The notes beneath the pieces were generated by a model. The model was not told the DNA's origin, made no database searches, and worked only from the letters and a program-made list of their open reading frames with translations. A stretch of 63,409 nucleotides of DNA, filler included, from Octopus bimaculoides (lineage: Eukaryota), in NCBI RefSeq assembly GCF_001194135.2. It is 10 parts of 8 records of this genome, joined end to end, with 100 filler letters (N's around TTAATTAATTAA, not from the genome) between each part and the next. Parts side by side here need not be neighbours in the genome. Positions count along the whole stretch, not along the records: positions 39,565 to 44,724 come from NC_068981.1; positions 44,825 to 49,739 come from NW_026341191.1; positions 49,840 to 52,360 come from NC_068999.1; 7 more parts are not named here. One strand, given 5' to 3'. Position numbers and translations under genes: made by a program. Positions 41,151-52,460 of this stretch are shown one piece after another. Position 1 is the stretch's first letter. Each line of letters starts with the position of its first letter.

Positions 41151-41480
41151 CTCATTTGCTCCCCTTCTCTCTCTATTTCTTTCTCTAATTGGATACGCCT
41201 ATTTTCCAGATAGCATCAATCAAATCGAAGTGAGTCAGATATTTCTAGAAAATCGTAAAAGCAAAATGAGTGGAATGCACATCGAATCGGATGGTCAATG
41301 GATCTCGCACGTGTTGGTTGACGTTTGGTTTCCTTTTGTTGTCGAAAATCATCGAAAAATTGTGGCGTTAAGAGACCTTGCTGATGTTGCTTCATAAGGG
41401 GTTGGTTGGATGGATGGATGTGGGTGGCGACCGCCCAAACGTTTCCAACACTGGACAATCGGTTCTTCGAACGTTTGGGA
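40520..41480. promoter_or_regulatory. CpG-retaining non-repetitive segment, candidate promoter or regulatory region
   Basis: Visibly dense in CG dinucleotides relative to the flanks, no TE motif recognised, central (CT)n run, no convincing ORF. Function is inferred only. Confidence 0.3.
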
Positions 41481-41924
41481 GAGTGTGATTAAATAAACTG
41501 ATAGATTCTATTACATTAACAAGCACTACATGTTTTTATTAGATATTAATCAATAACAGCAACACTGACAATATCAAGAACTAGAAGAACAATAAAGAGT
41601 AAAAGACTCGCATACATATCGGAGCTCATACATAAACACATACCACACAAAAACGAACAAACATGCGTGTACATGAGAGGGAATATTTTTATGACTGCTT
41701 CGTATGCGTATGTGTGCATACATTTAAAATGGCGCAGTTTTCAGCAAACGTAAATGGTAGTACTCAATACAGAGTGTATAGTATATTATATATTCAAAGA
41801 TTTTTTTAAACTCGTGACTCCAGTTTCGTGTAACTTGTGATCGTCATTCGCCTGATAATTTAATCGTAGTGGAGTGAAATGAAATTCGAGTCACAAGAAT
41901 CGGAATTCAGTTGAATTAATAATG

Positions 41925-41991
<67 letters not shown>

Positions 41992-42004
41992 CAACAATAA
42001 CAGA

Positions 42005-42210
42005 AGTGGCACAAGGTCAGAAATTTCGGGGAAAGAGAAAAGCTAATTACATCGATCCCAGTGCTCACGTCGTACTTGTTTTATCGACCCTGACAGGATA
42101 AAAGGCAAAGTCGATCTCGGTAGAATGTGAACTCAGAACGTAAAGTCGGTCGAAATGCCACTAAGCGATTTTTTTCCGGCGCATTAATGAGTTTACCAGC
42201 ACGCTGGCTT
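42005..42210 (-). mobile_element. SINE family B copy between (AAT)n tracts
   Basis: TACATCGATCCCAGTGCTCAC...AGGCAAAGTCGATCTCGGTAGAATGTGAACTCAGAACGTAAAG. Confidence 0.75.
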
Positions 42211-42341
42211 AATAATAATGATGACAATGATGATGATGATGATGATGATAATAATAATAATAATGATTTACCTGGATTTACTTACTCTTTATTTTTATTG
42301 GTATTTTTAATGCCTATTCTAAAATCTTTAACACACACGCG

Positions 42342-42388
<47 letters not shown>

Positions 42389-42825
42389 GTATGCATGTAT
42401 GTATGTATGTACGCATATATTTGTATATGACAGCCTTCAGTACAGTCCATGTCTATCAAATTCCACTTATAAGTTTTTGGTCAATCCGAGACTATAGTAA
42501 AATTAACTTGCTGCAGACACCTTGCAATGGAATCGAACCTCAGATTACTTAATTACGATGCAAACTCCCTAGCCAAACAATCATGTCACTCATACGTATA
42601 TATTATATCAGTATAATGCGTGCAGGGTGATAATGAGAGAGAAATATAGAATTAAATGGGTGGATGAATGTATATGCATATATATAGTCTCATCCCATGA
42701 ATAATGCGGCTTTTTTATTCTTTTATTTTTCAAAATTATTTAGATTTCAAAATGCTCTTTTTTAATCTAAAATATACTCTCCTTCATTTTCTACAATGCT
42801 CTTCCATCTATCTGGTATATATATA

Positions 42826-42985
42826 TGACGGGCTTCTTTCAGTTTCCGTCTACCAAATCCACTCACAAGGCTTTGTCGATTTGTGCCTATAGTAGAAGAT
42901 ACGTATCCAAAGTTCCATGTAGAGGGACTGAACCTGGAACTATGTGATTGGGAAGCAAACTTCTTACCATAGAGCAGCACCTATG
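42826..42985 (-). mobile_element. SINE family A, 5' half (an older degenerate piece lies at ~42425-42570)
   Basis: GACGGGCTTCTTTCAGTTTCCGTCTACCAAATCCACTCACAAGG is identical to the block at ~1678-1721. Confidence 0.8.
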
Positions 42986-43217
42986 TAAATTATAACTTAG
43001 TGATGCAATTCTATAAAAAGTATCACTTACTACACAATAACTTGATACCCATCCAATGGGCATCCATAGAAGAAATGATTAATTGGGGACTAATAAACAT
43101 CAAGAAGTAATAACAGAAATTTTTTACTATTTTTACCTTCTCTCTCCCTCTCTCCAACTCACCAGAAAAGGATTCTGCTGGGCCTTGTTGGTTATGATTA
43201 AAAAGAGGTATCAAATT

Positions 43218-43512
43218 ATTTATATTATTTACAATTGACGGATATTTGTTTTCATCTCGTTTGTTGTTAACACAACGTTTCGACTGATATACCCTCTAAC
43301 CTTCATCAGGCGTCTTGGGGAAATTTCGAACTTGGGTTCTCATTCCTAAGGTATTTTTCGATGTTGTTATTATTATTATTCAGGTCACTGACTGGAATCG
43401 AACTCGGGATCTTGGGGTTAGTAGCCCGCGCTCTTAACCACTACGCCATATATCCGTCAATTGTAAATAATGTAAATAATGTACATAATTCCTCATCTCT
43501 TAAATATAGAAC
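43218..43512. mobile_element. Non-autonomous tRNA-head + hammerhead (Penelope-type) retroelement with internal inversion, copy 1
   Basis: Flanked by 12-bp direct repeat AGGTATCAAATT (43206-43217, 43513-43524). Minus-strand block: tRNA-like head 43450-43381 (TGGCGTAGTGG A box, GTTCGATTCC B box), short (AAT)n, hammerhead core, tail. A plus-strand copy of the 3' tail follows (43450-43512). 31-bp inverted repeat 43215-43245/43450-43480 with one mismatch. Confidence 0.75.
43269..43314 (-). ncRNA. Minimal type I hammerhead ribozyme motif (Penelope/retrozyme type), stem II partly decayed
   Basis: Minus strand reads GACGC-CTGATGA-A-GGTTAGAGGGTATATCAGTC-GAAAC-GTT-GTGTT: intact CUGANGA and GAAA core boxes, stem I GACGC/GUGUU, palindromic AACGUU as loop-less helix III, GUU cleavage triplet. 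Confidence 0.65.
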
Positions 43513-43768
43513 AGGTATCAAATTGTTTGTCATCTCAGCAATAAAATATTTTTTAAGAATTTGACTTTGAATTCGAACCTAAAGCAACAAGTGAACTACC
43601 ATAATGATATGGCCAATGATTTTCCAGAGTTGAATGTCCTATGTACATACATACGTATCACAAATTTGGTGATGTCAACGAGAAAACAATACTCAAAACG
43701 TGGTAAAATGTATATTTATTATCAATCAGTAAATGTTATAACTCAAGAGCTAAGAGTTTCAAACATAA

Positions 43769-43769
43769 T

Positions 43770-43837
<68 letters not shown>
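43769..43837. repeat. (GATA)n microsatellite abutting the Tx1 3' end
   Basis: Direct reading. Confidence 0.95.
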
Positions 43838-43838
<1 letters not shown>

Positions 43839-44724
43839 TAGCCACGCAAGGCCGAACACAGGAGGGACAATACAATGTAGAATTTTTCTTTTCGAAACCG
43901 ATCAAAGGGGATCGAAAACGTTTTGAGACGTGTAGACAAGGATATAACAAAGTGTCGTTTTAACAATTAAAGTTCCCAAAAGGGAGAGTAAATGTAATGC
44001 GGACTAGGCTTATCCGTGGAAAGAAAAACCTACGAAAAAAAAACACGGTAACCTCGGAAAAGAAAAACATGAGACCAAATCACTCTTTCTCTTTTTGTTT
44101 TATAGGATCATGCTCAAGGTAGTTCCGTCATTCATGCGTACCATCCTTGCTACATTCACCCACCTTTTCATTATATAAATCTTTCATTATAAAACTTTTC
44201 ATTATATAAATCTTTTCTCTCAATTCTCACCTTCCTTTTCAAGTAATATTTGAAAAAGTTGATGAGAGGTTGGCCAGAGAGGAAAGTATTTGTCTCTAAA
44301 CCTTTCAAACGACTCCGCCATACACATTCTTTCACCATAGCCACCAGTACGATGAAAACTGTTTTGCCTTCCCGGTTAAAGGAAGGTGGCGGGGCAATAT
44401 TTACGGTATACTCGGCTGACAACCGGACTCGTTCCACACCTGACAGCAGCCGTTCGACATAGGCCCACAGGTCTGAAATATTTTAACATTGCACGAGTGC
44501 ATGCAGAACGGTTTCGTCGTTCTGACTGCATCTCGGGCAGGTCGGTCCGGTGTTTCTTGAACCGTGTCTGTAGGCCTTATCTTGAACGGCCAATGCTTCC
44601 CGATAGCACTGCCAAGCCAGGTATCTCTGGAAATTGTTCATAGGTACTGGCCCGAAAGTGGTCCTAAAGAGGCGGGTCAGGTATTCCCCGTCGAGGCCCA
44701 GAGTATCTCCAAGAACATCGTCGC
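43838..44724 (-). mobile_element. Tx1/L1-clade non-LTR retrotransposon 3' end (zf-RVT C-terminus plus 3' UTR)
   Basis: FQRYLAWQCYREAL...GPTCPRCSQNDETVLHALVQC*..LWAYVERLL. The 3' UTR ends GGCCTTGCGTGGCTAA directly on (TCTA)n; the 5' side is lost in a gap. Confidence 0.85.
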
Positions 44725-45156
44725 NNNNNNNNNNNNNNNNNNNNNNNNNNNNNNNNNNNNNNNNNNNNTTAATTAATTAANNNNNNNNNNNNNNNNNNNN
44801 NNNNNNNNNNNNNNNNNNNNNNNNTAAAATATTGTATTTAACAAAAGCGAAAATAGAAACACTCACTATAAAAAGACAAATATTTCCCCATTATCAAGTC
44901 ACTGTGTCTAATCGAAAGACAAGAGTTTCTTCCCTTTCAGGATTAAGACCATTTTTGGAATATTTTCCCATTATGCACTGTTTTGGGTATCTATACCCTG
45001 AAAACCTAATATATTAAAAATCACTTGTCCGCTTTATGCGAAAATTGTTTTATTCTTTTCTTATTAACATTTCAATGTAAACTTAATTCATAGTATTTTC
45101 CCATTATGTGCCAGTTTGGCTGGGTAACAGTGCAAGCAAGTAAGACTTTTAATGTA

Positions 45157-46319
45157 TTGGGTTGACAACTTATCTGGCCATTAAAAAAATTTTGGAATTT
45201 ATTTTTTTCAAGAATTCTATTTTTAAATCATTTTGGAATCTTTTTTTTTTTTTGCTAGTTAATTTTTATTTTCAGATCATTAAAATGGAATGTCGAGTTA
45301 AGAAAAAGGAGCATTTTCGACACCTTCTTTTTCCTTTTAATCAAAGTTCTAAGGCTGCAAAAGCTGCTCATGACATTTGTGCTGTGTATGGAGAGGGTGC
45401 CATAGCTGAAAGAACCACTCGTGATTGATATGCCAAGCTTAAAAATGGAAATTTTGACCTCAAAGACGCACCTTGTTCTGGACGTCTAGTTGAGTTTGAT
45501 GAAGAGCGATTAAACCAACTTTTGCACGAAAATTCTCGTCAAACGACAAGGGAACTGGCAGAGAAAATAGAATGCCCCCCCCCCCCAAATCAATGAGCCG
45601 CAGTCTCTGCTGGTTTGCTTGCTTGTCACCGCTCAACTCCTGGACACAAGCAACGATTTCTTTACCGAATCGTTACTGGCAATGAAAAATGGTGCCTGTA
45701 CATCAATATGAAGCAGTGTACGGAACGGCTTAGTGCCGGTAAACAAGCAACACCACGTGTTAAACCAAATCTTCATCTGCATAAAACAATGTTGTGCATA
45801 TGGTGGAACTGGGAAGGGATTATCCATTGCAAATTGCTTGAACGGAACCATTTGGTCAATGTAGAACTGGAGACTGCTTTAGCTGATGGAACGACTCAAC
45901 ACAGCTATTCAAGAGAAAAGACCTAATCTAATTGGCAGTATGGAATTCTTCTGCACGACAACGCCTGCCCTCATATCACCAATATGACCAAGGAAGCCAT
46001 TCAAGCACATGGCTAGGAAGTGCTGCCACACTCGCCATACTCTTCTGATTTGACACCAAAGGATTTCCACCTCTTTCAAATGCTATGCGTGGACTTTCGT
46101 TAAATACTGATGCAGAATTGAGAGCTTGGTTGGATCAATTTTTTGAGTCGAAATCGGGTGAATTCTGCCAACAAGGTATTGAAAATCTTGTTGAACGTTG
46201 GGAAGAAGTTGTAAACAACAAGGGTGTATACATTATTAATTAATTAGTTGTTATTTCTTATTAAACCTTTTAAAAAATTTAAATTTTAAAAAACGGTAGG
46301 TACTTGGTTTCCAATCCAA
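45157..46319 (+). mobile_element. Near full-length mariner (mellifera/cecropia, SETMAR-like) transposon, inactivated
   Basis: TA-flanked TTGGGTTG...TCCAATCCAA ends. EHFRHLLF...KAAHDICAVYGEG, FLYRIVTGNEKWCLY, KTMLCIWWNWEGIIH, LHDNACPH and PHSPYSSDLTPKDFHLF. First catalytic D mutated to N; stops and an internal deletion. Confidence 0.9.
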
Positions 46320-46344
46320 TATTATAGATATGCGTGTGTGTGTA

Positions 46345-46676
46345 TGGTAAAAGACCGCCCGCCCCGGTCTTGAACGACTATGGGATTACATCTCGAAAGT
46401 TACCCTCTGAAGCACTAGTTCGAATAAGGCTCTTTTACGGAAGACCAGCAGCTGCCTATGCATACCAGCCTCCCCTCTCCATGCCATCCATGTTATCCAA
46501 AAGAAAAGCAAAAGCCAATAGAGCTTGGCATCAGTCACGTCGCAACTCATTTCTACTTCTGGGTGAACTGGACCAATGTGAAATAAAGTGTTTTGCTCAA
46601 GAACATAACACAGCAGCCTGCTCCAGGAACTGACTTCACTACCTCATGATTGTGAGCCCCATGCGCTAACCACTGA
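46345..46676 (-). mobile_element. SINE family D copy (older fragments at ~8860-9050 and ~57945-58080)
   Basis: GAAAGTTACCCTCTGAAGCAC, GGAAGACCAGCAG and CGCAACTCATTTCTAC...GTGAAATAAAGTGTTTTGCTCAAGAACA mirror 31993-32357. Confidence 0.75.
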
Positions 46677-49422
46677 TATGTATGTGTGTGTGTGTTTGTA
46701 TTTGTCCCCACACCACTTGACAACCAGTGTTGGTGTGTTAAGGGAAAAGATAGACGGGAAAAGTGAAAATAAATGAATTTATAGACAGATATTATGTCTT
46801 GTCTTTCAATATACTTTGATATACTGAAAAACGTTTTTAAGCACAAAATATATATCATAATGCTTCAACCAGGAAGATAAACATAAAACTAATGGGATAA
46901 GTCAGCAAGTGTACGGAAGATGTGGCCATGTCAGTGCATATAGTAGCAGAGTTAAGTTGTAGGTCAGCATTACTGTTTTAATATTCATGTATCTATTTAC
47001 GGTTAGACAGGGGTGAAAGGAACATATATATATAAGATCGGAANNNNNNNNNNNNNNNNNNNNNNNNNNNNNNNNNNNNNNNNNNNNNNNNNNNNNNNNN
47101 NNNNNNNNNNNNNNNNNNNNNNNNNNNNNNNNNNNNNNNNNNNNNNNNNNNNNNNNNNNNNNNNNNNNNNNNNNNNNNNNNNNNNNNNNNNNNNNNNNNN
47201 NNNNNNNNNNNNNNNNATATATATATATATATAAAACCTTCGACAGAGTCACACATATATACAACTTGAACGGACACACATATCAGTTAAATACCTACAT
47301 ACGTACATGCATACATACACACACAAACACATATATATCATGAACTAAGTGTTACTTTTTCAGATGCAGCATGAAGTTTTGTCAGCGAGCAGGTCAAAGT
47401 TTCAAGGCGACGAAAATGTTTTGACACAAATTTAGAAACATCTTCCATGCTTCAATGTTTTTGTTTCAGCACATGATCTCAGATCAAGTCACTTGCTATG
47501 CAAGTACATCTTCAATTTTCATGTTGTTTAACAACAATAAACACAGCAGTGCCTGTAGATATCTCAATATTGTCAGGTATCAAATGGATGGAAGTAGCAG
47601 GAGACTTCCGAATCCATCCTAATATAGTTGTGATATATTCTAACATTAAGATTTAATGTGTCCAGTATTTAGAAACTTTAACAAAACTAAGTTGATAGTT
47701 TCTTCGATTGAAAACTAGTGAAATAGTTACTAAACAATTGGTAACCTAATCATAATAATTACAAAGAAAAGAAAATGCATGCATATCCACCACTCCCATT
47801 TTTAACCAGTTGCAGCAAGCATCAAAGCAAAATGTGTAAAAAAAAAAAATTTTTTTAGGCACCATAAGAAAATACAAAAAGGTCACTCTTTTTCTTAAAA
47901 ACATAGATAAAGAATAGTTATTTTCACATTCTTGAATTTCAAAATTCCTCAAAGAAATATTATAAATGTTTAATGAATAAATTTGGTGGGAAAGCCAATA
48001 AAATAACAATGTATTATTAACTATAGTGGAACTGTCACCATTCACATAACATGTGCAGTCAATTTAATATCCAATCAATGAATAAAGTGTTAGCTAGTTA
48101 CTATAAATGCAGCAAATAACTTTCGATAGAAATAGACAATTTCANNNNNNNNNNNNNNNNNNNNNNNNNNNNNNNNNNNNNNNNNNNNNNNNNNNNNNNN
48201 NNNNNNNNNNNNNNNNNNNNNNNNNNNNNNNNNNNNNNNNNNNNNNNNNNNNNNNNNNNNNNNNNNNNNNNNNNNNNNNNNNNNNNNNNNNNNNNNNNNN
48301 NNNNNNNNNNNNNNNNNNNNNNNNNNNNNNNNNNNNNNNNNNNNNNNNNNNNNNNNNNNNNNNNNNNNNNNNNNNNNAAAGATTATGAAATGAACATCTA
48401 ATCAAATCTGAAATACTAATTGATATCTAAGTGTTGGGTTGAATTTTAATGACAAATGATTCCAAGCAAATTTCAGGATGTTAAGAAAATACAACACTGA
48501 TGGTGCCAATTATTGTGCACAAAGCTAAAGGAAATGATATAACAAGCTTCATGATTACTGATAGAAGACAAAATGAATTTGATCACAATTTTAAGCCAAA
48601 AGATAAGTTTTTACAATGCCCATATTGTACAGTGACAATTTCGAGGTCAATTAACAGTTTTAAAAAAGCTACTACTGAGATCTAAAAAAAAACAAAACAA
48701 AAAAACAAAACAAATAAAAAAAAAAAAACATTAAGGTAATTAGAAGCAAGAACAAGAAGAAAAATAAAAGATTAGGACATTGAAATTGAATATTCTGTGA
48801 TAGTGTGATGTGAAAATGAATGATTGTGATCTTGATATCAGAGAGAGAAAGAGAGAAAAGTGTGACTGTTTTTGTTTTAGCCAAGGAATAAGGCTAGTTG
48901 GTAGGAACACACTTACAGATTTTGATGCCTCTCAACTTCCTCACTCCCATTGATTTTTTTGAATATATTTCTAAAGAAGAAAAAAAATGGGTGAAAATGA
49001 ATGATGAAACTTAAAGGAAAGTTTAGAGAGAGAAAAAAAAGAAAAGAATGAGATTAATGGTAAGAACCATGATATGAAAATGGCAAGGATAATTAAAATC
49101 TAAACCAGTTTTCCTGGTGTTTTAATGTAAAAGAAAAAGAAAAAAAATTCAATGAAGAAATTCTGTTGCTTTTCAGCCATGTTAAGGTATAATTTTTTGT
49201 TTTTATACTTTTTGCTGAAGAAATAAAAACAAAACAAATTCTGAATATTTTATTTTTGTCAAAATTCAGATTGCTAATATTTGAATATGTTCTTTGTGAA
49301 TATTGAAACACTTAAGCTTTTTGAAAAAGCCACATATTGCTGGTTTCACAGAATGGCACAAGTTACAGTTTATTGTCAATATCTATATCTATCTATGATT
49401 GGAAAAGTGGTTAACATTTTCC

Positions 49423-49423
49423 A

Positions 49424-49458
<35 letters not shown>

Positions 49459-49739
49459 CATATATATGTATACATACATATAAATATATATATATATATA
49501 TATACATATAAATATATATATATATACATATATACATATAAATACATATATATATATATATACATATAAATACATATATATATATATATACATATAAATA
49601 TATATATATATACATATATACATATAAATATATATATATATACATATATACATATAAATACATATATATATATATATGCATATAAATACATATATATATG
49701 TATATATATACATATAAATACATATATATATATATATAT
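49423..49739. repeat. (TA)n-based complex repeat with recurring TACATATAAATA unit
   Basis: Direct reading. Confidence 0.85.
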
Positions 49740-50856
49740 NNNNNNNNNNNNNNNNNNNNNNNNNNNNNNNNNNNNNNNNNNNNTTAATTAATTAANNNNN
49801 NNNNNNNNNNNNNNNNNNNNNNNNNNNNNNNNNNNNNNNATATATATATATATATATATATAATGTATATTCATACACATACATGTATATATATACACGC
49901 ACACACATGCATACATATTTACATATATATATATACGCACACACTTCCATATATTTATAGATATAATATCACCTTAACGGATTTCAGGAAAAAAAACCCA
50001 ATTTTCTCGGATTATATTCAGTGGCAGGGGACATAGAAATGGACGCCATATCGAACACATATTATCAAACCCCTTTGTAAGTTCACCTCTTCCCTCTCTA
50101 CTTTCCACAATATCTCACTGCGGTGCCATAATTCCACTTAACTAAAAGTTATTTTCCTTTTGTACAACCTCTGCTCATCATATTCCTTAGAAACTAGAGC
50201 ACCTCATGCATTTCACGTATGTTTAGAATTCAAAAATGGCGTATTACATTTACACCAATGTTTTCTCGTCTCAATGCTGAAGATATGTAGTCCGCCGAGG
50301 AGCCAAGTTTGAAGATTGGAGGTTATGTCTAGAGCTGCTACAATTCGCAGCCCAATTCACCACGAATATCAACCTCCTTGCTTCGTTAAAAGGGGAAGGA
50401 ATCAAAATGAATTATCTGCGATTTATTATGAATCTTTAATGAAATCAACTTAGATTTTCATTTTTCTACATCGAAGAAAGTATGTCAGCTTAACAGAATA
50501 AATATTTAATCAGAACTCACTCTAGATCTGTCAATTAGCAGGATCGTCGTATAATTTGTTTTGTCTTGTACATGAGATGATATTTACGTGTGTATGAAAC
50601 AATGATTTACATGAATCTCAAACTGTATTATTAAAAAATATTTTTTTTTGTATTTTGATAAAAGCCGGTAAATTAATCATTTTTAAATATTAACTTCATC
50701 TTGTATTGAGCTCTTAATTCAGAAACAAAGAAACAAAGAAATATAGAAACTTCTCATCTTGTACAGATGTTAGTAACAACAACACATAAATACACACATA
50801 CATACATACATACATACATGTATATACACATATACATATATATACATGCATGCATG

Positions 50857-50897
<41 letters not shown>

Positions 50898-51693
50898 ATG
50901 CATATGCACATATATATATATANNNNNNNNNNNNNNNNNNNNNNNNNNNNNNNNNNNNNNNNNNNNNNNNNNNNNNNNNNNNNNNNNNNNNNNNNNNNNN
51001 NNNNNNNNNNNNNNNNNNNNNNNNNNNNNNNNNNNNNNNNNNNNNNNNNNNNNNNNNNNNNNNNNNNNNNNNNNNNNNNNNNNNNNNNNNNNNNNNNNNN
51101 NNNNNNNNNNNNNNNNNNNNNNNNNNNNNNNNNNNNNNNNNNNNNNNNNNNNNNNNNNNNNNNNNNNNNNNNNNNNNNNNNNNNNNNNNNNNNNNNNNNN
51201 NNNNNNNNNNNNNNNNNNNNNNNNNNNNNNNNNNNNNNNNNNNNNNNNNNNNNNNNNNNNNNNNNNNNNNNNNNNNNNNNNNNNNNNNNNNNNNNNNNNN
51301 NNNNNNNNNNNNNNNNNNNNNNNNNNNNNNNNNNNNNNNNNNNNNNNNNNNNNNNNNNNNNNNNNNNNNNNNNNNNNNNNNNNNNNNNNNNNNNNNNNNN
51401 NNNNNNNNNNNNNNNNNNNNNNNNNNNNNNNNNNNNNNNNNNNNNNNNNNNNNNNNNNNNNNNNNNNNNNNNNNNNNNNNNNNNNNNNNNNNNNNNNNNN
51501 NNNNNNNNNNNNNNNNNNNNNNNNNNNNNNNNNNNNNNNNNNTAATCCTCTTTCCCTCTCCTTCTCCTTCTCTTCTTCATAGTCACCTATTTGCATAACT
51601 GCTTCCTTTAGACAAACAAACAAAAAAAAACACGACAATTACCCCCCTCCACCCAACCAGCCAACAAACCACCCAATACTTCAATACACCCGG

Positions 51694-51730
<37 letters not shown>

Positions 51731-51736
51731 ATTCGT

Positions 51737-51767
<31 letters not shown>

Positions 51768-52154
51768 CTCTCTCTCTCTCTTTCTCTCCCTCTAACCTTA
51801 ACACTGTTTTTCCCATTAACATGTTACGTTATTGTGAAAATATATCCAATTGCTCCTCCCTGAATGTCTGCAGTAAATCATATTTTTACAGAATAGCACC
51901 CAGACCCGCATGCGAGCCAGCGCAGACACACAGACACGTTGCCACGCGCAGTTGCAAACAGACAACACTAATGCACAAGTTCGTTGAGACGCAGCATGTA
52001 CAACTCCAACATGCACACATACATACAAACATGCATACATACATACACACATATACATATATATATACATAAATATATAGCTATATATATATATGTATAT
52101 ATATTCATAAATACATGGATATATAAATACATGCATATATAAATATATACACAC

Positions 52155-52208
<54 letters not shown>

Positions 52209-52460
52209 CTATACAGACTCACAAACAGATGTTGAGAGACATATAATACTGCCGTAGACGCACATCCATAATATACGCAAATACATGAATATACATGTAC
52301 TGAACATACAAAATTATATTTATTTATACACATATATTCATTAACACATTCATATATATANNNNNNNNNNNNNNNNNNNNNNNNNNNNNNNNNNNNNNNN
52401 NNNNTTAATTAATTAANNNNNNNNNNNNNNNNNNNNNNNNNNNNNNNNNNNNNNNNNNNN

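Noticed and set aside
48500-48685. 61-aa ORF containing CPYC
   Set aside because: A single CxxC with no second zinc-ligand pair or splice context; compatible with chance.
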